The position numbers and the translations under genes were made by a program. The notes under the pieces were generated by a model. The model saw only the letters and a program-made list of their open reading frames with translations, did not search any database and had not been told where the DNA came from. This document shows, in pieces, positions 18,540-28,842 of a stretch of DNA of 64,000 nt. Where the stretch lies: positions 1 through 64,000 of the forward strand of contig CAXXFK010000025.1 of NCBI GenBank assembly GCA_963663965.2, written 5' to 3'. Numbering within the stretch: position 1 is the first letter of the stretch; each line of letters opens with the position of its first letter. Source of the DNA: Sedimentisphaerales bacterium. Its GTDB lineage: Bacteria > Planctomycetota > Phycisphaerae > Sedimentisphaerales > SM23-30.

Positions 18540-19730
18540 CTATCCCGCCACCCAGGAACACAAATAGGCCGCCAGAAACGCGCCATAATTGCCCACGGCA
18601 TAACCGATCAAGGCCATCAGCACACTCACCGGCACCAGCTTGTCGTTGTGATGGGCCGCCACAATCGGCGCGCTGGCCGCGCCGCCGATATTGGCCGCGC
18701 TGGCGATCGCGGTTGAATGCACATCCACCCGGAACAGCCAGGCGCCCAGCAGGCAAAATGCCCCGTGAATCGCGATCCACACATAACAGGCCAGCACAAA
18801 CCAGCCCGCCGATCCGGCCAGTCCGCTTACATCTGCCTTGGCCCCCATATTTGCCACAAATACATACACCAGCGCCATCGCCAGTTCATGACTGGCCGGT
18901 ATCTTCCGCGCCGGTGTCAAAGACAGACCCAGTCCGATGGTTGTTATCAGCAGGATCTTCCAGGTCGATGTCGTCAGTATCGGAGGAAACTCCTTTAAAT
19001 GGCCGGCAAGCTCGTTGGATACCCAGATTGCCGCGAATCCCAGGCCAAACAGATACAGGAAATGCCGCATCTTCAATGGTTCTGCCTTGGACGATTTGAC
19101 CGCTTCCACCGATTCCAGCATCTGGATCCGTTTGGGATTTACCTTCATCACCCGGTTAAACCACGCCGCGCAATTCTTCGAGCTCAGTAAGATCGGCAGC
19201 CAGGCGATATAAACCAGATTATCACCCAATACCGCCAGACCGAATTGCGGACTGTCACTCACCTCCAGGCCGCCTGCTACCGCCGCCATATTGCCCGTTC
19301 CCCCGATCCAGCTTCCCGCCAGGGTGCCAAACGCCTTCCAGGTCTCCGGCGGCAATACCCCTTTGAATAACCAGCAGGCAATGGGAGCGCCCAATATGAC
19401 GCCCGTCGTCCCCAGCAACATGACAAACACCCCTTTACCCATCACCCGTACGGTTGAAATCACATCAACTTTCAACAGCATGATCACCAGGAACATAGGC
19501 AGGACATAGTCCTTGAGCATGTCATAGACTTCCGCACTGTTGGGGATGACCGTTCGGCCCTCAATCAGCCCTGCATTCGATAGTACCGCCGGCAGCATAT
19601 AGATAAATAACAGCGGTGGGAAAAAATGGAACAGCTTCCATTGGGTCCGATGTTCCAGCCAGAAAAAAAACGCGGCGATACCGCACAAAATGGTCAAAAT
19701 ACCGGCGGAGCTGTTGATTAATGGTGTCAT
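18540..19730 (-). CDS. DUF819-family membrane protein
   Basis: Multi-TM; LAGSWIGGTGNMAAV and ASAANIGGAASAPIVA motifs. Confidence 0.85.
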   Translation of the reverse strand: MTPLINSSAGILTILCGIAAFFFWLEHRTQWKLFHFFPPLLFIYMLPAVLSNAGLIEGRTVIPNSAEVYDMLKDYVLPMFLVIMLLKVDVISTVRVMGKGVFVMLLGTTGVILGAPIACWLFKGVLPPETWKAFGTLAGSWIGGTGNMAAVAGGLEVSDSPQFGLAVLGDNLVYIAWLPILLSSKNCAAWFNRVMKVNPKRIQMLESVEAVKSSKAEPLKMRHFLYLFGLGFAAIWVSNELAGHLKEFPPILTTSTWKILLITTIGLGLSLTPARKIPASHELAMALVYVFVANMGAKADVSGLAGSAGWFVLACYVWIAIHGAFCLLGAWLFRVDVHSTAIASAANIGGAASAPIVAAHHNDKLVPVSVLMALIGYAVGNYGAFLAAYLCSWVAG

Positions 19731-19881
19731 GATGCCTCGATCTTAATCGTAACAGGATAGTCTATTTTTAACTATTTACGCATTTTTGAAAATCTAATTT
19801 ATAATATGTAACTCTCATAATCTACTACGATTAAGAAAAATGAACCATAATTTCCAAACGTAGCTTAATGTGCCAACAACA

Positions 19882-20811
19882 CTATTTTCCCAACAGTCTG
19901 ATTGGATTGGCATAAAACAGTTTTTCCAGATCGGCCGTACTGAAACAATCCAATGACTGGGCATGGCGATAACAGTCCACGATTGTGGCGGAGGAACCCA
20001 CCATACAATGCAACTGCGGATTATGCAGCAGACCGGACGGCTCGAGCCGGACCGGATTACCCAGAGTCACATAATCTCCCGGCGGCATACCCGCCAGGGG
20101 CGCGGCATCGCTGATTACGGCCACCTGATCGATCCCCTTGCATTTTACAATGGTCTTGATTAGATGGGCCGGCAAATGATGGCCATCGGTAATGATGGTG
20201 ACCGCCAGTTCATCCACGGCCAGCGCATGCAGCAGCGGATTGTCATGCCGGTGCACCATGGCCGGCATGCCGTTACCCAGATGCGTTACGGCCCTGGCGC
20301 CTGCATCGGCCAGTTCCTTTAAGACCTCAACTCCCGCCATTTGATGACCCAGAAATACCCGGATGCCCATCTGGTCGGCTCTCCTGGCCAGCTGGGCCGC
20401 GCCGGGGATATCCGCAGCCATCGTCAGAATCGCAATAGCGCCATCCGCCCACTCCTGCATCCGTTCCAGAAAGGCCTCATCCGCCGGCCGCGCCCAGTTG
20501 GGGTTATGGCAGCCGATGGCGCCGGGCTCACGGGATAGAAACGGCCCCTCGGCATGAATCCCCGGAATATGGTCGCGAAATTCAGCGGACCGTATGACCC
20601 TGGCCATCCGGGCCAGATTCGTCCGATAGACCGTTTCGCTGCTGGTAATGATCGTGGGACAGAATGCGGAAACGCCCTGTTGAATCAACTGACGGCAGGC
20701 CAGCGCAAAACCTTCTTCGGTTAATTCATTGCTGGAAAAATCAATCCCACGGTAGCCATTGACTTGCAAATCGATCAGATCCGGTATGTTAGGATTCATG
20801 TGTACAGCCAT
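19882..20811 (-). CDS. nagA: N-acetylglucosamine-6-phosphate deacetylase (short form)
   Basis: IDLQVNGY, PTIITS, GIHAEGPFLS, GH, THLGNG, ITDGHHLP, ISDA motifs. Confidence 0.88.
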   Translation of the reverse strand: MAVHMNPNIPDLIDLQVNGYRGIDFSSNELTEEGFALACRQLIQQGVSAFCPTIITSSETVYRTNLARMARVIRSAEFRDHIPGIHAEGPFLSREPGAIGCHNPNWARPADEAFLERMQEWADGAIAILTMAADIPGAAQLARRADQMGIRVFLGHQMAGVEVLKELADAGARAVTHLGNGMPAMVHRHDNPLLHALAVDELAVTIITDGHHLPAHLIKTIVKCKGIDQVAVISDAAPLAGMPPGDYVTLGNPVRLEPSGLLHNPQLHCMVGSSATIVDCYRHAQSLDCFSTADLEKLFYANPIRLLGK

Positions 20812-20992
20812 CCATTAAATTCATGACAATGTACTTTTTCAAGTGTTTTGCGGCGGACCTGGTTGGCTTGGGCTGTTACACAGAGTTGCCGAGGGTTGTC
20901 CCGCCGAATCCACATGTTCTGCTTTTCGACCACGGATTATCAACACGAACTCCGTGCCGCTGTTGTCCACCCAGTCTATGCTAGTCACGATT

Positions 20993-22501
20993 TTACCAGA
21001 GCGGATCCCAGGCGGGAAGAGTCTGGGCCGGTTTTTTGAAGATGTCGAGAATGTCCTGGGGAACGTATTTTTTATGAACGATGATATTGAAGACGTATTC
21101 ATCGAACCAGTTGTCATACATGGTCCATTGGCCGGCTTTGCCGCGTTCGGCGCCCCAGCTGTTTTCGACCAGCCATTTGACCGGGGTTTGATCATCCATT
21201 AAATCCACCCCGATAAAGACCATGCCGTGGTTGACGGTGCTGTCGCGCAGCAGCACGCGTTGACGTTTATCCAGGTCCATCGCAAGCATATAGACCGATT
21301 CGAAGTCATAGAGATCGGCTTCCATGATCCCTTTGGCCGGATCCTGGTTGGGAGAAACATCGGCGGAAAAATAGACGGCCTGGTTATCCAGGAGCATGGT
21401 GATCGCCATCTGTTTGATCCGCTCGATGTCAACATTGGCATAGTTCATATTATCGCCGTCGTAGAGGTTTTTGGTCATTTTGATGCGGCAATGGGCGCCA
21501 TCGGGCCGGATCGGGTCATTGAAAATATTGACATAATCTCTCAATTTGACATCGAAGAACCGTTTATAAAACTGCTGGGGAGTAAACGGCTCGGGTTCAG
21601 AAAGCAGCTGTTCGACATGATAGTCATTTTTGGCAGTGTCATCATTATCCTGGTCGTTTTCTTCGGTTTTTTCTTCATCATCCTTGTTGACTGCCGATTC
21701 AATTTTGGCCTCTTTGTTTTTGATTTTATAGCGCCAGGTAAACTGTCGGGGCGGTTGGCCCAGATTGATGACCAGTATTTTATAGACCTCGGCCAGCATA
21801 TCGGGCTTGGCCTGGCGCATTTTGTCGACCGAGCCGGTCTCCTGGTAGATCTGACGAAGCTCGTCAGCATGTTTGCGGAGCAGGCGGCTGAGGTTCTGGT
21901 TCATCATACCGGTATTATTGGAAGCGGCGCTCTCGGCCATGGCCTCTTTGGGGATTACACCATATTTTTCCACCAGATTGACGAAATTTTCCCAGTATCC
22001 GCCGTCCGGGATGGGATCCTTGAGCAGAAAGACCATGTCCCGATCCATCAGGTCGCGTTCACGCATTTCGATGATGTATTCGTAAAAGGTATTGGCCTTT
22101 TCGAATTTATCCCAGAACTGCAGGTAGATCTGGGAAAATTCAAACTGACTCAGTTCCAACTTTTTCAGAATGATCGGGCGGAGGGTATTAAAGCCGGCAA
22201 ACATCCAGCACCGGCCGCTTTTCTGTTGATTGCTGATTCCCCTGGTATCGATCTTATGGCTGAACTGATGGACATGATCGGCCAGGATCTCCCGATTCTC
22301 AGCAATACTTTTGATGTCAACAGCCGTCAGGGCATTTTGCATGGCGCGGGTGTGGGTATCCATCTGGAAATCGGATTGGATCTGTTTGATCAGTTTGGGC
22401 GATAATGCCCCTTTCTTATCTTTGGCCTGGACCAGTGAAACCATCATCAAGAGGCTTAGAAACATCGACACAACGATCACATTTTTCTTAAACTGATTCA
22501 T
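20993..22501 (-). CDS. pepC: Secreted C1B cysteine aminopeptidase (PepC / bleomycin hydrolase family)
   Basis: NQQKSGRCWMFAG, DGGYW, NHGMV, VENSWG, WDPLW; N-terminal signal peptide. Confidence 0.9.
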   Translation of the reverse strand: MNQFKKNVIVVSMFLSLLMMVSLVQAKDKKGALSPKLIKQIQSDFQMDTHTRAMQNALTAVDIKSIAENREILADHVHQFSHKIDTRGISNQQKSGRCWMFAGFNTLRPIILKKLELSQFEFSQIYLQFWDKFEKANTFYEYIIEMRERDLMDRDMVFLLKDPIPDGGYWENFVNLVEKYGVIPKEAMAESAASNNTGMMNQNLSRLLRKHADELRQIYQETGSVDKMRQAKPDMLAEVYKILVINLGQPPRQFTWRYKIKNKEAKIESAVNKDDEEKTEENDQDNDDTAKNDYHVEQLLSEPEPFTPQQFYKRFFDVKLRDYVNIFNDPIRPDGAHCRIKMTKNLYDGDNMNYANVDIERIKQMAITMLLDNQAVYFSADVSPNQDPAKGIMEADLYDFESVYMLAMDLDKRQRVLLRDSTVNHGMVFIGVDLMDDQTPVKWLVENSWGAERGKAGQWTMYDNWFDEYVFNIIVHKKYVPQDILDIFKKPAQTLPAWDPLW

Positions 22502-23002
22502 AGCAATCCTCACATTTGTAATCAGCAGACATTTTTTAGTTTTAACACACAAATATGATTTAGACTCTTACTAGTTAAATCTTGCGCAAAATGGCAAAGA
22601 AATCTCGACAGGGAGGCGGATACTGCTGTGACCCTGTTCGGCTCCGGCACTGCCGGTTTAGATTTAACAGCAATAAACTAACAGCTTTATAGTTGATTTT
22701 CAAGTGGACTTTTTCCATTTACATGATTAACCCCATAAACATCGATAATATTACAAAAATCACCGTCGCAAGGTCAGGGAATTTCATCACATACCCGGTT
22801 TTCCTGAAAATTGCGCAAATAACCAATCTTGCGTAACTTGCCGGCCCCTGTAATCCGGTAAAACTCTGGAACGCCGGATCAGGGCAAATCGGTTTCTGTT
22901 CACACCCCAGCGGTAACTAGTGCCCGGCACGGTATTTAATGCGAGCCACACCCGTAAGGCCAACCCATTCGGTGGATGGCAGAACGGTGTGAAAAACAGC
23001 AA

Positions 23003-23021
23003 TGGTACAAAAATTGTACCA
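23003..23021. promoter_or_regulatory. Palindromic operator candidate for the GntR/FadR regulator
   Basis: TGGTACAA-aaa-TTGTACCA, a TGGT...ACCA FadR-type pattern just upstream of the promoter. Confidence 0.55.
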
Positions 23022-23048
23022 ATTTTACCGCCTCCGCCAAGTTTTTTG

Positions 23049-23077
23049 TTGACGTTTCCTTCAGGCCTGGACAGAAT
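23049..23077 (+). promoter_or_regulatory. sigma70-like promoter of the regulator-nagB operon
   Basis: TTGACG-N17-CAGAAT. Confidence 0.55.
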
Positions 23078-23124
23078 CACAAGTCACAAGCAACAAACCT
23101 GTTAAACTGTCACAAGGAACCCGT

Positions 23125-23850
23125 ATGGAATCCGGCCCTCTGGTTATCGAAACCATCAGAAAAATCATCCGGCGAATTCTGTCTGGACACTATCATGCCG
23201 GTGGCTGCCTGCCTGCCGAACGCAAACTCTGCGAAGAGCTTGATGTCAGCCGCGGCACCCTGAGGACCGCGCTGGCCGACCTTGAGCAACTGGGCGCGAT
23301 TGAACGGCGAGTTGGTCAGGGGACCTTCATTCGGGAACTCTCCGTGGCTCGGCTGCCGGGATATGCCATACCCGCTGATATCGGGAATGTAACCCTCGAA
23401 GACATCCACTTCGTCCGGAAAAACCTGGAACTCGCTTCGCTGGACTATTGTCAGGGCCGGTTGGCGGCATCCTGTCTAAAAAAAATGGATCGTTGCATTG
23501 AACAAATGACGGACAATCTGCATGTCCTGCCCCAATTTCTCCGCCACGACTCGGAATTTCACCGTCTTATGGTTCAGGGTTGCGGCAATCCCGCCCTTTA
23601 TGCCGCCTACCGGGCCATTGACGAGTATCGGCAGTTTTTGCAAATCTATACCACACAGCGACAAGGCGATGAAACGGTCAGTCTGAACTATCACAAAAAA
23701 ATCATGTCAGCCTTGCAAGCCCAAAACCTGAAGCTGGCCAGGAGATATCTGAGCGCTCATTTAAACGAAGTACTGGAATCGGCGGGACACAATAAAGAAA
23801 TAAAAGTCAAAATCAGTGAAAGGAACCGGCGTGGAAAAGTTTATTTTTGA
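23125..23850 (+). CDS. GntR/FadR-family transcriptional regulator
   Basis: LPAERKLCEELDVSRGTLRTAL..LE..G.I.RR.G.GTF; FCD domain DSEFHRL...GNPAL...H..I..AL. Confidence 0.92.
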   Translation: MESGPLVIETIRKIIRRILSGHYHAGGCLPAERKLCEELDVSRGTLRTALADLEQLGAIERRVGQGTFIRELSVARLPGYAIPADIGNVTLEDIHFVRKNLELASLDYCQGRLAASCLKKMDRCIEQMTDNLHVLPQFLRHDSEFHRLMVQGCGNPALYAAYRAIDEYRQFLQIYTTQRQGDETVSLNYHKKIMSALQAQNLKLARRYLSAHLNEVLESAGHNKEIKVKISERNRRGKVYF

Positions 23851-24571
23851 TACCGCAGAGGCAATGGGGTCCGCGGCAGCCCAATACGCCGTCGGGATTA
23901 TAAATCAAGCCATCGCCCAACGTGGCCGGGCGGTGGTTGTTCTGGCGACCGGAGCCAGCCAGTTCGAGGTCTATCATCATCTGGTGACGATGGCCGTGGA
24001 CTGGTCCAAAGTCACGATGTTTCATCTCGATGAATATATTGGCCTGCCGATCACCCACCCGGCCAGTTTTCGTAAGTATCTGATGGAGCGTTTTATCGAC
24101 CGGGTCAATCCACTGGCGGCCGTTCACCTGATTGATGGCGAACATCCCGATCCCGCCGAAGAATGCCGCAGGCTGGGCGCACTGATCCAGGCTAGTCCCG
24201 TCGATGTTACCCTGGCCGGCGTCGGTGAAAACGGACATCTGGCCTTCAACGATCCACCCGCCGATTTCGATACCGAAGAACCCTACCTCTTGGTCAACCT
24301 CGATGAGGCATGCCGCCGGCAGCAACTCGGCGAAGGCTGGTTCAATAGTCTCGCGGAGGTCCCTGAACGAGCCATCTCTATGAGTATTCGTCAGATCATG
24401 AAAACGGATCATCTCATTTTATCCGTTCCCGACCGCCGCAAGGCCCAGGCCATCAAATCCATGCTGGAAGGCCCCATTTCACCGCAGTGCCCGGCCTCGA
24501 TCGCCCGCAACCATCCCCGCTGTCGGCTGCTGCTGGATCGAGCCGCCGCCGGCACAGGAAAAGAATCATGA
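23831..24571 (+). CDS. nagB: Glucosamine-6-phosphate deaminase
   Basis: LATGASQ, FHLDEYIGL, HPASFRKYL, GVGENGHLAFNDPP, CPASI; GTG start with SD AAAGGA. Confidence 0.9.
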   Translation: MEKFIFDTAEAMGSAAAQYAVGIINQAIAQRGRAVVVLATGASQFEVYHHLVTMAVDWSKVTMFHLDEYIGLPITHPASFRKYLMERFIDRVNPLAAVHLIDGEHPDPAEECRRLGALIQASPVDVTLAGVGENGHLAFNDPPADFDTEEPYLLVNLDEACRRQQLGEGWFNSLAEVPERAISMSIRQIMKTDHLILSVPDRRKAQAIKSMLEGPISPQCPASIARNHPRCRLLLDRAAAGTGKES

Positions 24572-26292
24572 ATATCCTTGCTGAAAACCAGTTGCGCGGT
24601 CCCGACTATTTCATCCTGGTGGGCTATTTCGCCCTGATGATGGGCGTGGGTATCTTTTTCTATCGCTATATGAAAGGACTGAAGGATTATTTCAGCGGCG
24701 GTAACCGGATCCCCTGGTGGCTGAGCGGCATCTCGTTCTATATGGCCAGCTTCAGCGCGTTTGCCTTCGTGTCCTATTCCGCGATGGCCTATCAGTTTGG
24801 CCTGGTCGGTGTCACCATTTTCTGGATCACCCTCAGTGGCACCCTTGCCAGCGTCTTGTTTTTTGCCCGGCGCTGGCGGCGGGCGCGCATCGACAGTCCG
24901 GTCGAATATCTCGAAACCCGCTACAATCCCGCCATTCGACAGTTGTTTGCCTGGCAGGGATTGCCGGTTCGCATCATCGACGATTCGTTAAAACTGGTTT
25001 CCATCGGCGTCATGGTATCCCAGGCATTCAATTTGCCGATTGTCCCCAGCATGATCGGATCGGGCCTGATTATGATGGTTTATACCATACTGGGAGGGCT
25101 CTGGGCGGTGGCGGTCACCGACTTTATCCAGTTTATTATCATGACCACGGCGGTCATTGCCCTGGTGCCGCTTTCGTTGAGAAAGGTGGGGGGGCTCGGA
25201 CCGTTTTTCAGCAACGCGCCCGAAGGGTTTTTCCATTTCACGTCAACCGAGTACAACTGGTTTTATATCGTGGTTGCCATTTTGCTTTACATCATGGCCT
25301 ACAGCAGCGTGAACTGGTCCCTGATCCAGAAATACTATTGTGTGCCACGGGAAAAGGATACCACCAAAGTGGGCTGTCTGGTGATAATATTGCAGATCAT
25401 TGGTCCGCCGTTGATTTTGTTACCGGCGCTGGCCGCTCGCCAGTACATGCCGGAACTGATCGAACAGGGCAATGAACGGGCCGTTTTTCCCTTGCTGTGT
25501 TTGAAACTCCTGCCTGCCGGTATGGTGGGGCTGGTCGTGGCCGCGATGTTTTCGGCCACGCTTTCCACCCTGGGTGGCGATTTTAATGTCATCGCCAGTG
25601 TCCTGACCAACGATGTTTATCGGCGGCTGATCCGACCCCAGGCCTCCCAGAAAGAGTGTGTGATGGTGGGCCGGCTTTTGACGTTACTGGTGGGGCTGAT
25701 GGTGCTGGGTCTGGCCTTGCTGTTGTCTGAGGCGACCGGAGAAGGACTGGTGCGCAACATGTTCAAGCTCTTCGGGATCGCCACGGCTCCGGTTGCCATT
25801 CCCATGTTGCTGGGCCTGCTGACCCGGAAAATCACCACCGCCGGTTCCCTGGCTGGTTTTTTATCCGGGATTGCGGCCGGTCTGCTCATTTTCATGCTGT
25901 GCCCGGACCAGACTACGCTGGCCGGCTGGATCGTTAAACAGGAAAGCCTGCTTTTGCTGGGGACCACCTTTACCACGCTGGTGGTCTCGCTGAGCGTCAG
26001 TCTGTTGCGCCCGGCCCGGCCTGACGAGGCAACCCGCGTCGCCGGCTTCATGAAAAAACTGGAAACCCCGATCGGTCAACTGCCTGAAGATAACGAGACC
26101 GGCGGTACTGCGGCGATCTCACCCTTTAAAATCGCCGGAATCTGCATCCTGATCATCGGACTGATGCTGGGTGCAATCCTGCCGTTTGTCGACCGGGGCC
26201 TGCCGTTTAATATGATCGGCGCCTTTGCGGCGATTCTGTTCGCTCTGGGCGGCCTGATGGCATACCTCAGTAGCCGTCAACGCGCCGGCTAA
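24568..26292 (+). CDS. Sodium:solute symporter (probable sugar/amino-sugar uptake)
   Basis: DYFSGGNRIPWW, EYLETRY, GGLWAVAVTDFIQ, LPAGMVGLVVAAMFSATLST; ATGA overlap with nagB. Confidence 0.9.
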   Translation: MNILAENQLRGPDYFILVGYFALMMGVGIFFYRYMKGLKDYFSGGNRIPWWLSGISFYMASFSAFAFVSYSAMAYQFGLVGVTIFWITLSGTLASVLFFARRWRRARIDSPVEYLETRYNPAIRQLFAWQGLPVRIIDDSLKLVSIGVMVSQAFNLPIVPSMIGSGLIMMVYTILGGLWAVAVTDFIQFIIMTTAVIALVPLSLRKVGGLGPFFSNAPEGFFHFTSTEYNWFYIVVAILLYIMAYSSVNWSLIQKYYCVPREKDTTKVGCLVIILQIIGPPLILLPALAARQYMPELIEQGNERAVFPLLCLKLLPAGMVGLVVAAMFSATLSTLGGDFNVIASVLTNDVYRRLIRPQASQKECVMVGRLLTLLVGLMVLGLALLLSEATGEGLVRNMFKLFGIATAPVAIPMLLGLLTRKITTAGSLAGFLSGIAAGLLIFMLCPDQTTLAGWIVKQESLLLLGTTFTTLVVSLSVSLLRPARPDEATRVAGFMKKLETPIGQLPEDNETGGTAAISPFKIAGICILIIGLMLGAILPFVDRGLPFNMIGAFAAILFALGGLMAYLSSRQRAG

Positions 26293-26332
26293 TGCTTAGA
26301 TCAATGATACCTGTTAACGGAGAATAATTCAT

Positions 26333-27322
26333 ATGAAAACCATGAGCTTGTTTCTGGCAGCTGTTATCGTTATGGTCGTCTCAATGTCCGCGCCGGCCCA
26401 GGATTCCGTCTTTCGCATCGGCATGATCGGTCTGGATACCTCGCATGTCATCGGCTTTACCAGATACCTCAATGATCCCAATAACCACACCGGTTGCCGG
26501 GTGGTGGCTGGTTTCCCGGGCGGCTCGCCCGATATCGAATCTTCCATCAACCGGATTGAGAACTTCACCAACGAGTTGCGCGAAAAGTACCATGTTGAAA
26601 TTGTGGATTCCATTGAGACACTTTGTACCAGAGTGGATGGGATTCTGTTGGAAAGCGTGGATGGCCGTCCCCATCTCGAACAGCTCAAGCCGGCACTGAA
26701 AGCCAAATTGCCGGTGTTTATCGACAAACCGGTTGCAGGTTCATTGGTCGATGTCCTCGAAATCTATCGTCTGGCCCGGGAGGCGGCCGTTCCCTGCTGG
26801 TCCAGTTCGGCCCTGCGGTTTTCACCCGATCTTCAAAAGGCAAAAACCCAATACGGCAAGGTGCTCGGTTGTTCCGTTTACAGTCCGTGCGCCCTGGAAA
26901 AACATCATCCGGATTTATACTGGTATGGTGTTCACGGTGTGGAAATGCTGTATACCCTGATGGGACCGGGCTGCCAGACGGTACAGCGAACACAAACCGC
27001 CGACACCGAGCTGGTGGTTGGCGTCTGGCAAGATGGCCGCGTTGGAACCTTTCGCGGCCTGCGTTCTGGCAAATACGATTACGGCGGAACCGTCTTTGGA
27101 TCCAAATCCAATGGCCCGACTGGCGGTTTTAGCGGTTACGATGCGCTGGTCGCGCAGATCGTTACCTTTTTCAAAACCGGCGTACCACCCGTCAGCGCCG
27201 AAGAAACCATCGAACTCTTCGCCTTCATGTCTGCCGCAGATGAATCCAAAACCCGAAATGGCGCGCCGGTTTCCATCCAGTCCGTATTGGAAACAGCGAA
27301 AAAGAAACGCCAGTCCCAATAA
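26333..27322 (+). CDS. Secreted Gfo/Idh/MocA-family oxidoreductase
   Basis: Signal peptide; IGMIGLDTSH, SVDGRPH, FIDKP, SSSALRF, WYGVHGVE. Confidence 0.85.
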   Translation: MKTMSLFLAAVIVMVVSMSAPAQDSVFRIGMIGLDTSHVIGFTRYLNDPNNHTGCRVVAGFPGGSPDIESSINRIENFTNELREKYHVEIVDSIETLCTRVDGILLESVDGRPHLEQLKPALKAKLPVFIDKPVAGSLVDVLEIYRLAREAAVPCWSSSALRFSPDLQKAKTQYGKVLGCSVYSPCALEKHHPDLYWYGVHGVEMLYTLMGPGCQTVQRTQTADTELVVGVWQDGRVGTFRGLRSGKYDYGGTVFGSKSNGPTGGFSGYDALVAQIVTFFKTGVPPVSAEETIELFAFMSAADESKTRNGAPVSIQSVLETAKKKRQSQ

Positions 27323-27453
27323 CCATTTCTATCTATATGGTCCGCAAAGTTTCTTTGGTTTCTCAATACAATGAATTTCGTTATGAGATTTGGCGATGTT
27401 ATGTTTTACGTCTTACATTCTGTAGCCCCTCCTAATATTCATAGACTTCAGGT

Positions 27454-27842
27454 CTAAACAGGCATTTTGTATTCTATCCTCTTGTACCTTTTCTTTTTCC
27501 AGAGTGAAGAAATCAGTATACCAGACGATGAGACTATTTCTTCTTTTCCATCTCGAATATGCCACACCCGGTGCCCAACAGGGGTTTTGCCCTGATACAC
27601 CACCACAATCTGGATTATACCGTCAAAAAAATCTACAAAGACTTGCCTAGTTCCCCGCCATTCTCAACATGCTCATGCCACAATTCGCCACTGACAATCC
27701 AATCGCCCGAATCAACCGTTACCACAAACCGATCCTGAATCCCCTCAACTGTAAACACGACTTCGCCATCTCCGGATGTTACGATGTCTATCAGATGTTT
27801 TGGTTTAAGATTCAATAATATTTCAATAATTTCCTTGCTCAT
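27454..27842 (-). pseudogene. Hypothetical gene split by a frameshift near 27636
   Basis: ORF 27633-27842 stops at GKSL*; the shifted frame continues VDFFDGIIQIVVVYQGKTPVG...LWKKKRYKRIEYKMPV* to 27454. Confidence 0.5.
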
Positions 27843-28345
27843 GTATTGTTCTTATCCCAAATCTTCTCCGCCATCAAAGCCTGCTGACCGACGTTCAAGT
27901 GCATTCCCACATAATGAGTGCCCAATTCCGACTCAGTAATTTCAAATTTAACCTCATCATGATTGACTCCCGCCTCCGTCAGTTCTTCATTGAGCGTAAG
28001 CATGACAACCAGCATGCATTCTATTTGATACTTCCTGGGCTTGCGGCAGGTTAATTGAGATGAGATGGTGTGCAGGATTCCCTCCTCATAATGTTCCATC
28101 GTATATGCCAGCCTGATCACATTATCAATCGTGACCGTAAGATCTTGCATTTTCCGCTCATCGAATCCTGTCATCTTACCCGGTTCTTTCGCAGGCATAA
28201 TCTTTTGGGCGGCATGACATTGCAGATCTCGAACAGCCTTGTTGATCTTGGCGAACATCTCCACCGATGGTGTCCCCCCTCGTCTCGACAGTGCCACCGC
28301 TATAACAATCACGATTATTATCGATATTGGTATCAGATATTCCAT
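27839..28345 (-). CDS. Hypothetical protein with an N-terminal membrane anchor
   Basis: MEYLIPISIIIVIVIAVALSRR; AT-rich segment; ATGA overlap with the downstream gene. Confidence 0.6.
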   Translation of the reverse strand: MEYLIPISIIIVIVIAVALSRRGGTPSVEMFAKINKAVRDLQCHAAQKIMPAKEPGKMTGFDERKMQDLTVTIDNVIRLAYTMEHYEEGILHTISSQLTCRKPRKYQIECMLVVMLTLNEELTEAGVNHDEVKFEITESELGTHYVGMHLNVGQQALMAEKIWDKNNT

Positions 28346-28546
28346 TTTAATTACCTTTATCAGAAAAATTATTATAACAAATCTTGAAACCCTTTTCAAA
28401 AGTTCGGGATTACATTAGATCATATCGCCGGCCATCATGAGCCTGTTTATCGACATTGTTTTCACTATTATCTCCTTAACGCAGAATACTTTCTCTTCAT
28501 CCAATTTTACCTGATCCCGCCAGTTATTCAAACCATTTTATTTATT

Positions 28547-28842
28547 CTACCTACCACCAATGCTAATCCTACTGGACCAATAAATACCCACATCAATCTT
28601 CCCAATCAGCCTATAAATCTTTGTCTTTTTAGGACGACCCTCATCATCTCCCCAAATTTCCCCAATCACCAACTTCCCCGCTGTCGGCCAGCCATCCTCA
28701 CCCCAGACCAACTTGCGTATCTGTAACGCCGACCTACCCCGGTTGGTCACCTCATACGCGTGATACACCAGATAATCGGTTTCGCCCTCGGATACCACCG
28801 CGTTGTGACCCGGCCTTTCCATTGATCGTTCCCATTCAGCAA
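28547..28842 (-). pseudogene. C-terminal remnant of a GH43 arabinanase-like gene
   Basis: GNDQWKG/PGHNAV...DYLVYHAYE....GRSALQIRKLVWGEDGWP, with a 1-nt frameshift at G-PGHN; N-terminal part absent. Confidence 0.7.
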
